Source: Pseudovirgaria hyperparasitica (lineage: Eukaryota). Taken from it: a stretch of DNA of 64,000 nt. The position numbers and the translations under genes were made by a program. A model generated the notes under the pieces. The model saw nothing but the letters and a program-made list of their open reading frames with translations. It was not told the DNA's origin and ran no database searches. Location: NCBI GenBank assembly GCA_010093815.1, contig ML996583.1, one strand, 5' to 3'. Shown in pieces: positions 36,301-49,711 of this stretch; position 1 is the first letter of the stretch, and the number at the start of each line of letters is the position of its first letter.

Positions 36301-38307
36301 GGCAGAGGCATTCGAGGGTGATTCTGCATCTGCGGTAATCGTTTCGACGGTCGACTTCCAGGCTTTTGCGAATTGGCTACTATCCTTGGCAAGGTATAGT
36401 ATGGCAATAAGATGAGATGATGATGGAGAGAGAACTAATGACGGAAGATCCTCTGCAATGAAATTATCCAGCTCCTGCAAGATGTCTTTTCGTGCTACAT
36501 GTGATGAGAACCGGAGTAAGTATGCGATAGCCGCGGCAGCACAATATGGCTTTCCGTTTCGCGATTTCAACAATGCTGTCGATTCTCTCACCAATCCCAC
36601 AGCTGTACTTTTGAAACCATCGAAGAGGGCGCTGGAATTTGAGCCCTTGAGGCATCCTGCATGGACAGTAGCCCACCTACGAGCCCAGTCTGACACGGCA
36701 TCCTGCGAACGCTCATACTCCTTGGACTGCTCAGGCGCCGAGGCTTTGATGGCATCCACGAGCTCCCGAGTTATAACTGGCCAGTGCCGGTTTAAGATCT
36801 CGGACATGGGCGCTTGTTCTGTGATCTTTGATATGACTGAAGCGGCTTGTGGTCCTGGAATTGCCCACTCGACGCTATCTGGGGTAGGATTCACATATTG
36901 GGAAACAAGAGGAAGCACCATCTCTTGCAAAATAGTTTCTTGGTCTGCACTGTCCAATGCGGCTGTAATCCGGACTGCTGATCTCACATATGCTTCATAT
37001 GCGCTTCCAATATTCATACGGGGCTCATCCTTTTTGATTATGCCGCTATGTATGGATGAGAGTAGATCTTTTACATCTGCTGGGGTCTTGGGTAAAACTG
37101 CCTGGGGAACGGCCTCTAGGAAATCGGGAATAGCATTCCAATACTCTCGAGTTCCCATCTGACTCCCGCGCTTCAGAAAAGATCTAAGTCGATGTTCTGC
37201 AGACTTCTTCCCAGAATACTGCTCCGTCCATATCGTCGGGTATGCTCTGCTCATGGTAATGACTGCACCAATATAGTTGAGGGCCGAGCCAGTCTGATCA
37301 GAACCGAGGCCGTGGGAAAGCAGACACTTGCTCAAATGTTTCAGGTTCTGGGAGACGATGTCTGTTGACTTGTAAGCATGTAATGTCGCAACGATGTATA
37401 AACGTAGTCATATCAAACATACTTGGCTGCTTTGATTGACAGGTCCGGAGCAACCGAAGAGTCGATCGGCGTACGTGAGAATCTTTGTGGGAGATGAGAT
37501 CCCATAGCTTCTCGTTGCTCAAAACAGCATCATATTGCTCCTGTTGTTTCTTTGTGTCCTCCTCACTAAGCTCGTTCAGGAGATCCCCAATGACGCCTAT
37601 TGCAGCGGACACAACTCGAGCATATTTCGATTCCGCGTCATCTGGACTGACGGTACGCTCATCGCTCAGTGTCACAACAGTTTCATTCTCTATCACGTTA
37701 CGGCAATACTCTATCGTCGGGCCTTGAAACGCTTTGCGTACGTTGCGGAGCTTCTCAGGGGTAGTGAAGACCTGCGAAAAAGACTCTTGCGCGGCCTTTG
37801 TCACGGAGAGATCGTTGTCGTATAATCCTGACAGCCAGGCCCCCACGGCCTCGGGCATATATCTTGCTATGCGCTTACCGCACGCAGTAGATATCTGTCC
37901 CTGAACGGTATGGGCTAATTGACGCACCCTTCGTGAATTTTCAATGGATGTGCGGGGATATAATTTGATCTATTGAGTTGGCATTGGTTACTACATATAC
38001 GCGCATGAGACCTATGGAGGACACGCACCCATGCCTCCAGCGCTGCATCTTCTATCTCCTCGCCTGACGCGACATACGCCTGCAACTCCTCGAGCGCCTT
38101 TGCCTTGGTTGTGCTATCTTTCTTGGACAGGTTCTTGAAGGAAACGACAAGGTTCGCATTCGATATGCCAGACAGATTCGGAGGCTCGGTCACGTAAGAG
38201 AGAGGAGAGTATGCAGTTGCAAATGATGAGGCGCCAAAGCCGCCGCCGAAGCCTGCATTGGCAGCACGAGAGCTGCTCGCTTGAGACTTGAATTGTCTCT
38301 TGCTCAT
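33310..38307 (-). CDS. LTN1: E3 ubiquitin ligase listerin (ribosome quality control); complement(join(33310..37361,37423..37969,38029..38307))
   Basis: N-terminal FKNLSKKDSTTKAKALEEL, HEAT-like middle region, RWD-like region and C-terminal RING CAICYSVV..CGTCRNAYHGQCLFRWFKSS..CPLCR. Confidence 0.96.
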
Positions 38308-38705
38308 GGCGGGGTGCGTTGTGAGAACGAAGGGAGTAGTACGTCTAAACCAAGAGAGCGTGAGGAAATGGATAAAGAAAGCGAGGAATGAAAGGGAAGA
38401 AGAGTCAGGAAGATCGAAAGGTGTGAGGTCGCATGTAAACGGAAGTGAAGATGTCAGCGACCGAAAATGGTTTGCGGTGTCTATGACATATGCGGAGGGA
38501 CACCTAGGACCGAAAGTAGCTTAGCGTGGTGGCCAGAGCGCATGCTCGTAGGGCTGAACGAACGACCTAATTAGTGAACTTTTGATATCAACGCGCGATT
38601 GGGGAGGCAACAGCACATCTTCTGTTCATCTTCGACCGGGTCCATAGCAGATTCACAAACACAATCATCTGCAGGTCGAGCAGCAGGCCTGCTTGTCTTT
38701 GCAAG

Positions 38706-41134
38706 ATGAGATTCTTCATAGAGTGCGGCCTCCTTCGATGACTTCTTTTTGTCACGTTTCCTGAGCTAAAGTGTCCCCTAGTCAGCTGGAAGTGCTCTTC
38801 CCATATCCAAGGATATATCCAGAGCAATATGCCTACATGTGCGATCTCAAAAAGACGCTGGATTCGTCTGGACACTGCGTTCTGGAGATGCCTTCGGGTA
38901 CTGGCAAGACGGTCTCGCTGCTCTCGCTGATTATTGCGTATCAGCAGCATTACCCAGAGGCCAGGAAGCTCATATATTGCTCCCGTACCATGTCCGAGAT
39001 TGAAAAGGCGCTCGCAGAGCTGAAGGCCCTTATGAAGTACCGCACAGAACAGCTCGGCTACGAGGAAGAATTCCGTGCTGTCGGCTTGTCTAGTCGCAAG
39101 AACTTGTGTCTCCATCCATCGGTCAAGCGTGAGAAAAGTGGATCCGTTGTTGACGCCCGCTGTCGTAGCCTGACGGCTGGCTTTGTCAAGGAAAAGAAAG
39201 AGCGCGGGGAAGACGTAGATCTCTGCATATATCACGAAAACTTGGATCTTCTTGAGCCTTCCAATCTGATTCCGACTGGCGTTTGGACCATTGACGGCCT
39301 CTTGCGCTACGGCGAGGACAAGAAACAGTGTCCCTACTTCACAGCGCGACGCATGATGCAATTCTGCAACGTGATCATCTACTCATACCATTATCTGCTA
39401 GATCCCAAGATCGCCGAGCGTGTCTCGAAGGAGTTCTCCAAGGATTGTATAGTTGTCTTTGATGAAGCCCACAACATCGACAATGTTTGCATTGAGTCAC
39501 TAAGCATCGATATAACGGAAGACTCGTTGCGGAAAGCAACACGAGGTGCGAACAATCTGGACAGGAAGATTACTGAAATGAAGTCGACAGACGCAGCGAA
39601 GCTACAGAACGAATACGCAAAGCTAGTAGAAGGGCTCCGGGATGCCGGCGAACAGAGAGACGAAGGTGCTTTCATGGCCAACCCTGCACTGCCAGACGAT
39701 CTCCTCAAAGAAGCCGTGCCTGGAAACATCCGGCGAGCAGAGCACTTTGTATCCTTCCTCAAACGCTTCATAGAGTATCTCAAGACGCGTATGAAAGTCC
39801 ACCACGTAATATCAGAGACGCCGCCCTCCTTCCTCCAACACCTCAAAGAGCTCACCTTCATCGAGAAGAAGCCCCTCAGATTCTGCGCCGAACGCCTCAC
39901 CTCCCTCGTCCGCACGCTCGAACTCACAAACATCGAAGACTACAAACCACTCCAAGAAGTCGCCACATTCGCAACCCTCGTGGCCACCTACGACACCGGC
40001 TTCGTCCTCATCCTCGAGCCCTACGAAAGCGAAACCGCCCAAGTCCCCAACCCGATCCTCCACTTCACCTGCCTCGACGCCGCCATCGCCATCAAGCCCG
40101 TCTTCGACCGCTTCAGCTCCGTCATCATCACCTCCGGCACCATCTCCCCACTCGAAATGTACCCGCGCATGCTCGGCTTCACCGCCGTCGTCCAAGAATC
40201 CTACACCATGACCCTCGCCCGCAAATCCTTCCTCCCCATGATCGTCACCCGCGGCAGCGACCAAGGCACCATCTCCTCGGGCTTCCAGATCCGCAACGAC
40301 CCCTCCGTGGTGCGCAACTACGGCAACCTCCTCACCGAATTCTGCAAACTCACCCCGGACGGCCTCGTCGTCTTCTTCCCCTCCTACCTCTACATGGAAT
40401 CCATCATCTCCATGTGGCAGGGCATGGCCATCCTCGACACCGTCTGGAAGCACAAGCTCATCCTCGTCGAGACCCCCGACTCCCAGGAAACCGCCCTCGC
40501 CCTCGAGACCTTCCGCGCCGCCTGCTCCAACGGCCGCGGAGCGGTCCTCCTCTGCGTCGCCCGCGGTAAAGTCAGCGAGGGCATCGACTTCGACCACCAC
40601 TACGGCCGCACCGTCCTCTGCATCGGCGTCCCGTTCCAGTACACCGAGTCGCGCATCCTCAAGGCGCGCCTCCAGTTCATGCGCGAGAATTACAACATCC
40701 GCGAGTCCGACTTTCTCTCCTTTGACGCCATGCGCCACGCCGCGCAGTGTCTCGGCCGTGTGCTCCGCGGCAAGGACGACTACGGCATCATGGTGCTTGC
40801 TGATCGCCGCTTTCAGAAGAAGCGCGCGCAGTTGCCGAAATGGATTAATCAGGCGCTGCCTGAGGCGGAGACGAATCTGAGTGTCGATCAGGCGACTGCG
40901 GTGGCGAAGCGGTTTCTGCGTGATATGAGTGTGCCGTTTGATGGGCGGTTTCAGGAGGGCGTGAGTACGTGGAGTAAGGCGGATTTGCTGCGGCATAAGG
41001 CCAAGGTTGAGGAGGATGAGTTGCGGGTGTTGAGGGCGGAGCGGGAGGATGTTGATATGGGGGGTGGGGATGGGGGTGGTGATGATGGGTTCGATGAGGT
41101 GGATGAGGATGCGTTGGCGGAGATGGACCTGTGA
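38706..41134 (+). CDS. RAD3: TFIIH DNA helicase XPD; join(38706..38722,38782..41134)
   Basis: MRFFIDQLEVLFPY, Walker A EMPSGTGKT, Fe-S cysteines, DEAH box, SEGIDF and QCLGRVLR. Confidence 0.98.
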
Positions 41135-41505
41135 GGTTCGATAAAGGCATGGTTGATCCTAGAAGCAGTAATAAAAATGGGAATACATCAACACCATGAG
41201 ACGCATATTTAACCAAGACAATCAGTGACGTACACAGCATAATGCACTCCCAAAAGGTCGTGTTGAGGCTAGGACAGTTAAGGGTATATTCTGACTGACT
41301 GATCACTGCGAACGAGATACTCCCAAACCAGGCAAGCCCTCCCATCAAGGCTCGCTCACATGCTCTGCTACACAGCAAAACTTCATCATCAGCCAGTGTA
41401 CAAATCGTACACGCACATACACGACGCTCCTTTATGTATCCCGCGCACCAATGCAAAGAACGCTAATTCGACGCAAATGCAGCAACGCCCACCAACGACG
41501 CATCA

Positions 41506-43607
41506 TCACAAAAACGCCCTCGACGCGCCCCCTTTCTCCAAATCATCACCGTCATCACTGTCATCAGGGTCATGAGTAGTAGGCGTATCTCTTGATCGAC
41601 TCGGGCCCGAAGCGCCCGTGTCACCGCGTGGTCTGACAAACGAGACCGGAGACACGGCCTCAACCGGTTCGTCAAATTCGGTGTCGGAGTAGTGTTGCGG
41701 CGGTGGGGGCGGCTGCTGCTGCTCCGACGACCGCGTCTCCTGGAGAGTGAGTAGATGGCGACTGTCGCCCTTGACGAGTCCGAGACGCTCTTCTTCGGTT
41801 GCGGCGCGGTCGCTTCGGCGGGGGCCTTTGTTGCTGCCGAAGCTGAAATGGCTCTTTGCCGTGTCTGGACGCGAGCTGGCGTCGCTTGTGGCTCGGCCTC
41901 TGTGGAAGACGTTTTGGAAGGAGAATTGGCGTCTCGCGCCGTGGGCGGGCGGCCTTGGTGGCTCGAGATGGGAGCCAGAGGTGGAGTGCGGCTGGTCGAT
42001 ATCAGATGACCAGTGTATCGTCGTCTCATGAGGCTTATAGCTCGTGTCGATGCTGTCCTGTGGTACCTTCCTAAGACCTGTTGGGAGCCCGTAGACGTGG
42101 TCGTCTGTGCCATCAAATGACCTCTGAGCAGCACCCTCGGGCGATAGTCCCTCCATAGCCATGCCGTGAGGCTCTTCTGGAAGAGGCTTGTCGGTGTTCT
42201 TACGAGAACCACGGAGTCGTGCGAAAAAGCCAGGATGCAAATTCTCTTCGTCGCTCTGATCGCCGTCTGCTGGAAAGTGTGTCATTCCTAGAGGTGGATG
42301 AATGGTCTTCTGGCGTCTTAGAGACGGTTGTCCGGATTCCATAACAGTTCTGCGTCGTCGTAGGCCATCAAATTCGACCTGCTCATTCTCTCCAATTGGT
42401 CGCATGTGTTCCTCACGCAGTTTTTCTGCTTCTTCGATTTGTCGTTTCGTCCGTGCGGACGAGATGGCACGCACAATAGCGCCACCTCCACGGATCGTAT
42501 CAGCTCTTGGCTCATATTCTGGCTCGGCTTGCTCCGCAACCGTCCGAACCTGGTCAAGATCTCCTTTGAAGACAGCGGTATCTGGTACATCCTTGGCTGA
42601 TTTCGACAGCTGCAGGAGAATAACACCTGTACATATCTGGAGAAAGCCCATTATGACTGTGGCTATCGTTGCTGGGGTGCCTTTGAAACCCTGGAACAAT
42701 ATTGCAGAAGTGACGATGGTGGCACTCGTGAAGAAGACGTAATATGTCGGTGTCACTAGAGCTGCGTTGAAGAGATTCAATGCTTTCTAGTCGAGGTTAG
42801 TGGACGGCACCCTTGGAACTTTCGGGATAGACTTACGTTGAGATAGATGATTTCTGTAAGTAGTGTCGTTATCACAAAGACAAGTACAATGTATAGAAAC
42901 CACTGGTTAAACTGAGGCTTCCCCTGAATCTGAGCAATGATGGCAGCACCCAGCCCCTGGGTAGCTACAACACTCAGACCGCCGATCAGACTGCAGATGC
43001 TGAGATATACCATCATTGATTTCTTTCCATAGCGAGGACCAGCCCAAAGCGCTATGAAGACGCAACCAATAATAACGACTCCTGTGTAAGTCAAGAATCC
43101 GGGCGTAACCACAAGCTTTTTCATGTCTTGGATATTGGCTACGGCAGACTGTTCTGGCGCATTGATCACAATGACAACGGAACCAACAATGCAATTGAAA
43201 CATCCGACCTTGCCAACAAAGCTCAAGCGCTCCTTCAGGAATATAGCAGACAGGATAGTGGTGATGACGACTGAGAGCGCACCAAGAGGCGTTACCAGTA
43301 TTGCGTCGACGAAAGCGTATGCGACAAAGTTGCAGACTTCTCCAATAATCATCAGTATCATGCCACTCCACCAATACCAATTCTTGAGGTAGCCATAGCC
43401 TTCTCCTGCTTCTTCATTGTACTTGGCATTCGCTTTTAGCAATCCGAGCTTTTTCAAGACAAAGGACACTCCAATGAAGACGCCAGATGCTATGGCCAGA
43501 ATGATTCCAACGACCTTGAATATCGGAGGCCTTGTTGACGAGGCTGAAGAACCCCCAGATCTTGCGATCAGCTCATGTGCGTGAGTTAATATTTCCAAGG
43601 TAGACAT
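41506..43607 (-). CDS. NIPA-family Mg2+ transporter (DUF803); complement(join(41506..42786,42837..43607))
   Basis: GVSFVLKKLGL, GYGYLKNWYWWSGM, NFVAYAF..LVTPLGALSV and YLN|KALNLFNAALVTPTYYV. Confidence 0.95.
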
Positions 43608-44671
43608 GGCGTGGTCGAAGAGTGTAGGAATTGTGAAGATTGAAGGTGTGCAGGCTCAAGGCGCAGCTCGTGCATGCGCCAGAAGGGAATAAGAAGTTTC
43701 AATAGACTTGTGAAACCGACATTGGGTGCGCGAGGCCTATATGACGTTGTGGGACAGGTGAAGTCGGACAAGGCTACGGCAGCCTTGTGGTTACGGTCGA
43801 GGCCCGAGGATAGGTGTATTTGGATATAGCGAAGCGATCGAGGAGGTACGTAGGTAGACAGTGCGATCAGGTATGTATTGTAGTATCGTAGAAATGCTTC
43901 CTTTGTTTGTTCTGGGACAATCTTCGAACGAATTGCGAAAAAGCCAAGGATTGGGAGCCAAGAAGGAAGTTTGTTTTGTCGGTTGCGGGGGAGATGTACA
44001 GACAGACTGACTATAGGTCTAATGTCGAGGAAGACTCGAGGAGGAGGATGATATGCAAGCTGAATAACAGAGGCAAGACTGAAAGATAGAACAGACTGCG
44101 TGGTGGAGAGAGAGAATGCTGAAGGAGGAGAAAAGGCAGAGGAGAGGAGAGGAAAAGAGAGGCGAAAGTGGTGGAGGTCTTTCAGGCGCTTTGAGTGCTT
44201 TGTGATGGGTTGAATGGATGAATGGATGGATGGATGGCATGGATGGGAGGCCTGGGCTGTTCTTGGGCTGTCTTAGGCTGTCCCGGGCTGCAGTCCCCGC
44301 CCACTTAGCTGCCCTACCCGCCCGGACACAGCTGGATTAGTGGGTGTGGCCGCCTGTTCAGTTTCGTTTTAGCGGGCGACCCCACCAAAACCTGCAAAGC
44401 TCAGCTGCTCCCTTGTCCCCTGTCCCTCCGCGCGTCAGAGTCTTGGCATCCGCTCCCGATTCCATGCAGTGTATTATGCATCTCGCTTGTTCAACAACAC
44501 CCCCACAACGCAGCCTGCTCAGCCTCCTGGCCAGACAACGACGACGCCAAAGACGACGAGGACGACGACGACAACTCTACCACCATTCACAGTCTCGCCT
44601 GCTCTACTCAGCCTTCTGATGCTATTCGTACTTGTTGCCACTACTTAGCGTAGCTGCAGTGCTGGCTGCTC

Positions 44672-47095
44672 ATGGATGCAATGTCTAGCCCGACTACTGC
44701 TCTTCATGAAACACCAAACATCTACGCCGCAGGTTCGCTGGCAGAAATCCAGGCGTCTCTTGCTGAGCTAGGTCGACAGGAAAGTTCTGTGACTGCTCGC
44801 CTCGATGCCTTGCTTGCCTCACAAAAGGATCTGTCTCGTGAACTTGGAAGACTCGATCTCTTGCGTGCTCGACTGGGTTCTCAGGTGATCAATACGCGCG
44901 CAATTAGCAATGGCATGCTGTCTGATGCTGCTTCCACCGCAAACCGCATCTCTAGTGCGGTCAAGCAGCTGGACCTTGAACAGTCCAACGTAAAGGCTAC
45001 CTTGGAAGTAGTCGAGCAAGTAGTCGAGCTCAAAGCGTGTGTTCTCGGTGTCAATGGCTCCATGGGCGCTCCACAGGATTGGGAGACTGCGGCTGGCTAC
45101 CTCAGTCGAGCTTCAAAGATTCCAGCTGATGTAATAGATGGCACCTTTGCCGAAGAAAACGTGCCTACTGCCGAAGTACCTGACCCTCCAAGGGTGACTT
45201 TGGACTCCGCTGCAGAGTCACTTTGTGGACTCTTCCTGCGGGAGTTCGAGAAGGCTGCAAAGGATGGTGACGGCAGCAAGGTCACTCGCTTCTTCAAGCT
45301 GTTCCCGCTCATAGGACGATCCGACGTAGGACTAGATGCTTATGGTAGGTATGTGTGCCATGGTGTAGCTTCAAGAGCTCGGACGACATTGAATTCTGGG
45401 AATGCGAAGAAAGAAGGCTTCTTCTACGGAAATGCTTTGACCAAATTATTTGAACATATCGCTCAGATAGTGGATAGCCACGAACCCCTTGTTGAGCGGC
45501 ACTATGGCACTGGCATGATGGTCAAAGTCATCGAGCGTTTGCAGATCGAGGCTGATGTCCAGGGTGGCATCATATTGGACACTTGGCATGATGAGCGTGT
45601 TATCGATCGCAAGTTGACAGACATTAAATCCTACGCATTCTCATTCCTTGTTCAAAGCTTTCTACCAAATTCGAAACCCACTACTGGCACTCCTCGCTCT
45701 TCATCGCCTGCTGTGAACGGCTCGACGGCATCGCAAGCCACTGAAGACGAAGGCGTCGACATGAAAGAGATAGACGGCCTTCTTGGTGAAACTGCGCTCA
45801 TGTTGGGACGATGGTCTCTTTACTCGCGATTCATTGCCAGTAAATGCACTGTACGTAGCGACGAGTATGCCGTCTTACTTGAGCTGACTTCTCCTTCGCA
45901 GCCTCAGGATGATAATCTCGACCGGCCTTCATTGGTCATGCCTCAGGTGCTGCTTGGAAGTAATTTACACGACAAGGTCAACAAATACGTCCTCGAGCCA
46001 TTCAACCTCATGACGACCTTCTTCTTCCGGCGATCCGTCGAGAAAGCGTTTCAACTTGATGAATCTCCATCTGACCTCACTCTAAATCCTAACAAGCCCC
46101 TGGCAGCCAACCCTCCCTTCATTACTTCTGCTGTCGACGATGTCATGTACATCGTCAATCAAGTCCTTCAACGGTCACTCGCGACATCTCAACGTACCGT
46201 CGTTGCCAGTGTTATTCCTGACATCGGTCGAGTCCTCGGTGCTGAATTCGTTGGCATGGTACAGCGCAAGATGCGGGACGAGAGTTACCCCAAAGCCGCA
46301 ATCCAGGGCGCACTTCCTCCCGAAGACAAGATCATCTCTTTCTTGGTCCTCATCAACAATCTCGATGTCTCCAACGACTACATCAAGCGTATTGTTGAAT
46401 CGCATCTTCCGGATCCCGATGAGAACAGCGACGAGGGCCACCCACTTGAGAACATATTTCCCTTTGGTCACGACGCCGTTTTCGTGGGGAATATCCTTCG
46501 CTCCATGCGACAGAGCTTCGAATCCAAATCTGGGGAATTGATTCACGATAGCATCTCCGTCATGTTTCACCAGGTCATGAAGCCACGAATACGTACTATA
46601 CTGACCGAAGCTTTTCGCGATATCGACTACAACATGACTACAGAGGAAATTGAAGCAGAAGAAGGATCTGACGATCATGAAAGCTTGGTCAAGTCCCGCT
46701 TTGACCGCGGCTGGAACAGTCTGACAAGACCTATCAAGCGGATATTGACAGAAAGAAACTTTGACCGCCTACTCACTGCTGCGATGCCTGCGCTCAACAA
46801 GTCACTCGAGAGCCGGATCAAGAGCTTTTACGGACGAGTGAATGAACTTGGAGCTGTGCGGATGGAGAGAGACATTGCCAACATTGTATCAGTAGCTGTG
46901 ACTGGCAATCGCTATGGCCTACGCGACGCCTTTGCACGTTCAATCCAGATGACACTCATCATGAACATGGAAGACGATGAGTGGGAGGAGGTTGCTGAGG
47001 AAGACGGGGGAAAGGAAAAAGAGATGGGAATCACCTGGGTCCTAGACAAGAGTGAACGGCTGAGAGCGAGAGCTATAGTCAAGGACAACGCTTGA
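44672..47095 (+). CDS. COG4: conserved oligomeric Golgi complex subunit 4; join(44672..45850,45902..47095)
   Basis: N-terminal coiled coil, TRFFKLFPLIGR, FFFRRSVEKAFQLDE, TSAVDDVMYIV and NELGAVRMERD. A 51-nt in-frame intron GTACGT..CTGAC..CAG is inferred. Confidence 0.93.
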   Translation: MDAMSSPTTALHETPNIYAAGSLAEIQASLAELGRQESSVTARLDALLASQKDLSRELGRLDLLRARLGSQVINTRAISNGMLSDAASTANRISSAVKQLDLEQSNVKATLEVVEQVVELKACVLGVNGSMGAPQDWETAAGYLSRASKIPADVIDGTFAEENVPTAEVPDPPRVTLDSAAESLCGLFLREFEKAAKDGDGSKVTRFFKLFPLIGRSDVGLDAYGRYVCHGVASRARTTLNSGNAKKEGFFYGNALTKLFEHIAQIVDSHEPLVERHYGTGMMVKVIERLQIEADVQGGIILDTWHDERVIDRKLTDIKSYAFSFLVQSFLPNSKPTTGTPRSSSPAVNGSTASQATEDEGVDMKEIDGLLGETALMLGRWSLYSRFIASKCTVRSDEYAVLLELTSPSQPQDDNLDRPSLVMPQVLLGSNLHDKVNKYVLEPFNLMTTFFFRRSVEKAFQLDESPSDLTLNPNKPLAANPPFITSAVDDVMYIVNQVLQRSLATSQRTVVASVIPDIGRVLGAEFVGMVQRKMRDESYPKAAIQGALPPEDKIISFLVLINNLDVSNDYIKRIVESHLPDPDENSDEGHPLENIFPFGHDAVFVGNILRSMRQSFESKSGELIHDSISVMFHQVMKPRIRTILTEAFRDIDYNMTTEEIEAEEGSDDHESLVKSRFDRGWNSLTRPIKRILTERNFDRLLTAAMPALNKSLESRIKSFYGRVNELGAVRMERDIANIVSVAVTGNRYGLRDAFARSIQMTLIMNMEDDEWEEVAEEDGGKEKEMGITWVLDKSERLRARAIVKDNA

Positions 47096-47523
47096 CCTGA
47101 CGTCGTAATGCAAAACAGCGTGATTTGCGAAAGTCATATTCTCAAACATGAGGCCCAATTCACTTCCGGCCATCACGAAAGTATCCTCTCGTAGGTATCA
47201 CTTACCTCACCCGGCTCATGATCACCCACATTCACTTTGTTTCATTGAACAGAAACCCGCGATGCTCACGCCCAACTCGAATGCTACTCACCGCTTTCAA
47301 AGTTCTGCGAGTTTCAGAAGCCAGAATGCGGACATGAATGCGACGATCTTTCGCCTGTTCACTCAACTTACCGCGTGTCAACATGGTGGCATGAGTGAAA
47401 CCTCGATGATGACCATTGCGTCGGGCTCAAGATCTTTTCCCGAAGTACATATATAGTCCTACCTCTTATTTCTACGCTCACCAACACACCCTAACTTCTA
47501 CAATTGGTTTCCACACGTCGATC

Positions 47524-48432
47524 ATGGAGTTTGTTCCAAAAACTCCAGTTCAGCATGCTACGAACGAACTACCGTTGACACCGCCAGTAACACCATCCGG
47601 CCCATATGGAATTGAGCTCGAGAACGACGTTGCCTCGAATGATAGCTCGTCTGAGCTGAGTTCGATTGATCAAGAATTGCTAGCACTCGCGGATGAAGTT
47701 GTGGATCTCACCGATGACGAATTCCTTACTTATTCGGAGGACGCCACAGAAATGGCTGAAGATCTTGAGTCGGAATGTGAAAGCAATCACGACGCAGATC
47801 TATATATTAGCGTGCCTTACGTCCATACTGCGCTCCTACCTGCCGGAGGACCGTTGAACTTTCCTCACATCGTCGATCATACGACCGGTTTCACAGAAGA
47901 AAATGCGCCTCAAGGCATCCGCCTCCCTGACGGAGTGGCTACTTTACTTTTCAATTTCAACCGAAACATCTTGGAACTTTTCCTCGATTTGTCTGTCAAA
48001 GAGTTCAACTTCGTGCGCACAGAAAATCACGACTTCCTCTACGATTTGGTCGTAGCCCGTAAGGACCGGGATGTCAGAGTGAGTACCCCTTTCTTCCCTC
48101 GTTGAGTCGCAACTAACAGCTTACAGGTGGGCTTTGTAAGGACGATTCCACTGCCCTTCCAAGGACATGTTACAAACATGCTTGAATGGGACGCGCAGAT
48201 TCGGGCAAAAATCCTCCCTTCCGGCGTCTGGCTCGCCAAATATGCAACACGGTATGCCATTTCCGACGAAGTCTTTGGAGACTATGAAGGCGACGACATC
48301 GGGTACGGCACTGAGCAACTTGTGCAAGCAAGCAAGGTCCACGAAATCGCCCGCCAGATGGCCACGTCCATGATCGTCCGCAAGCTTTGGGTCGCTTCGG
48401 AGGGTGTGGAGATCAAGGTCAACCTTTCATGA
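47524..48432 (+). CDS. hypothetical protein with acidic N-terminal region; join(47524..48078,48127..48432)
   Basis: Two ORFs joined in frame by a canonical intron GTGAGT..CTAAC..CAG (48079-48126). Composition is protein-like; no family recognised. Confidence 0.65.
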
Positions 48433-48906
48433 GGGCTCGGCAAGCTTGGAGCATGCAATTTCTGGGGTCATCTTTGTGATTGGTATAGCCTGTATTTGGT
48501 CGATTATATGGTTTACAATATTGTTGCAACCATAAGGATCTTATCAGGGTGGAATTATGGCTATTATGAGCAGTTTAGATCTGTATCCGTGGAGCTTATG
48601 GCTTCATATGTGTAGCAAGATCAACGGGAAATATTCATCAAGAGATGCTCTCCATTACCCAGCCGTGTAGTTTGAAAATCGAATTTATTCTGTATGCATT
48701 GTCAAAGAAGCAGACGAAAATATCCACACGTGAACAAGAATGACCTTGCGCGGTCGAATTGCTTGCCGCGACGAGCGGCGACTCTATGTACATTTCTGCC
48801 TGTATCATACATTCAAACACCGCACATGCACCTCCAGACCTGCGAGGAGACAACCTCTAGTTGCCTACGTTATTCGAAAATTCTTACAACACTCGATCGA
48901 CCCGCT

Positions 48907-49711
48907 TCATTTCGCCGTGATGTGTTCAGGCATCAATATGAGCGGATGTCTGTGAATGCTCGGCATCAGCCCCAATCCCTGAGCTCTTCTCAGAGCCTTT
49001 GCCAATTTCCTCTGATTCACCGGTCGTAGGTGTGTTGCATTATTGTGCATGATTCCGCCACTTTCAAGCATGAATTCGGACATGACACTGTAGTTCTAAG
49101 CGCCAAAAAAAGGGTCAGTCCTGCTTTTCTTATCGCCTGCCTGCCTGCCTGCCTGCCTGCCTGCCACGGCCACCGGTAAGAACTCACCTTGTATAGATGC
49201 AGCGGGTTGATGCCCGTGATATCGAACACGTCCTGTCTCTTTCCCTGCCGCTTCAGGGGCACCATCAGTTGCCTCTTTCGGGGAGCTTTCGCCCAGCGCT
49301 CCGTCTCGGCGCCGCTCAGGTCGCGCGGCGAGTAGACGTCGCCTGTTTCGTAGGCTCTGGGTAGGCGGTGCCCGTAGTCCCGGCGGAAGTCTGCTGCCTG
49401 TCTGTCCAGCACGGATTTCTTCTGCCCGTCTGCGGTGAGTCTTTGGACGGCGCTCGGCTTGCTCTCCGTTGCCGGTTGTTGCATCGAACCAAGCTTCTCG
49501 ACGAGACCTGTTGTGTTTTTGTTTAGTAGGTTTGATCCTTTTTTTGCGAAAGGTGCCCGAGAGAGGCAGCATGCATACCAGTGCCTGATCGCGCCCGTGC
49601 TGCTGTCAGGTCGGTGGGGAGCTTTCTGAAGCTGGGGAGAGATGCGGCGCCTCTGCGACTCTCGTGGTTGAGGGCATGCCGAAATGGGAGGGTCCTTGAC
49701 CAGGTTGCCAT
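48907..49711 (-). CDS. RSM18: mitochondrial small-subunit ribosomal protein S18; complement(join(48907..49095,49188..49507,49579..49711))
   Basis: Arg-rich presequence, GDVYSPRDLS, DVFDITGINPLHLYK|NYSVMSEF and HLRPVNQRKLAKALRRAQGLGLMPSIHRHP. Confidence 0.92.

Noticed and set aside
39812..40996. 394-aa minus-strand ORF
   Set aside because: Antisense shadow of the C3-rich part of RAD3.
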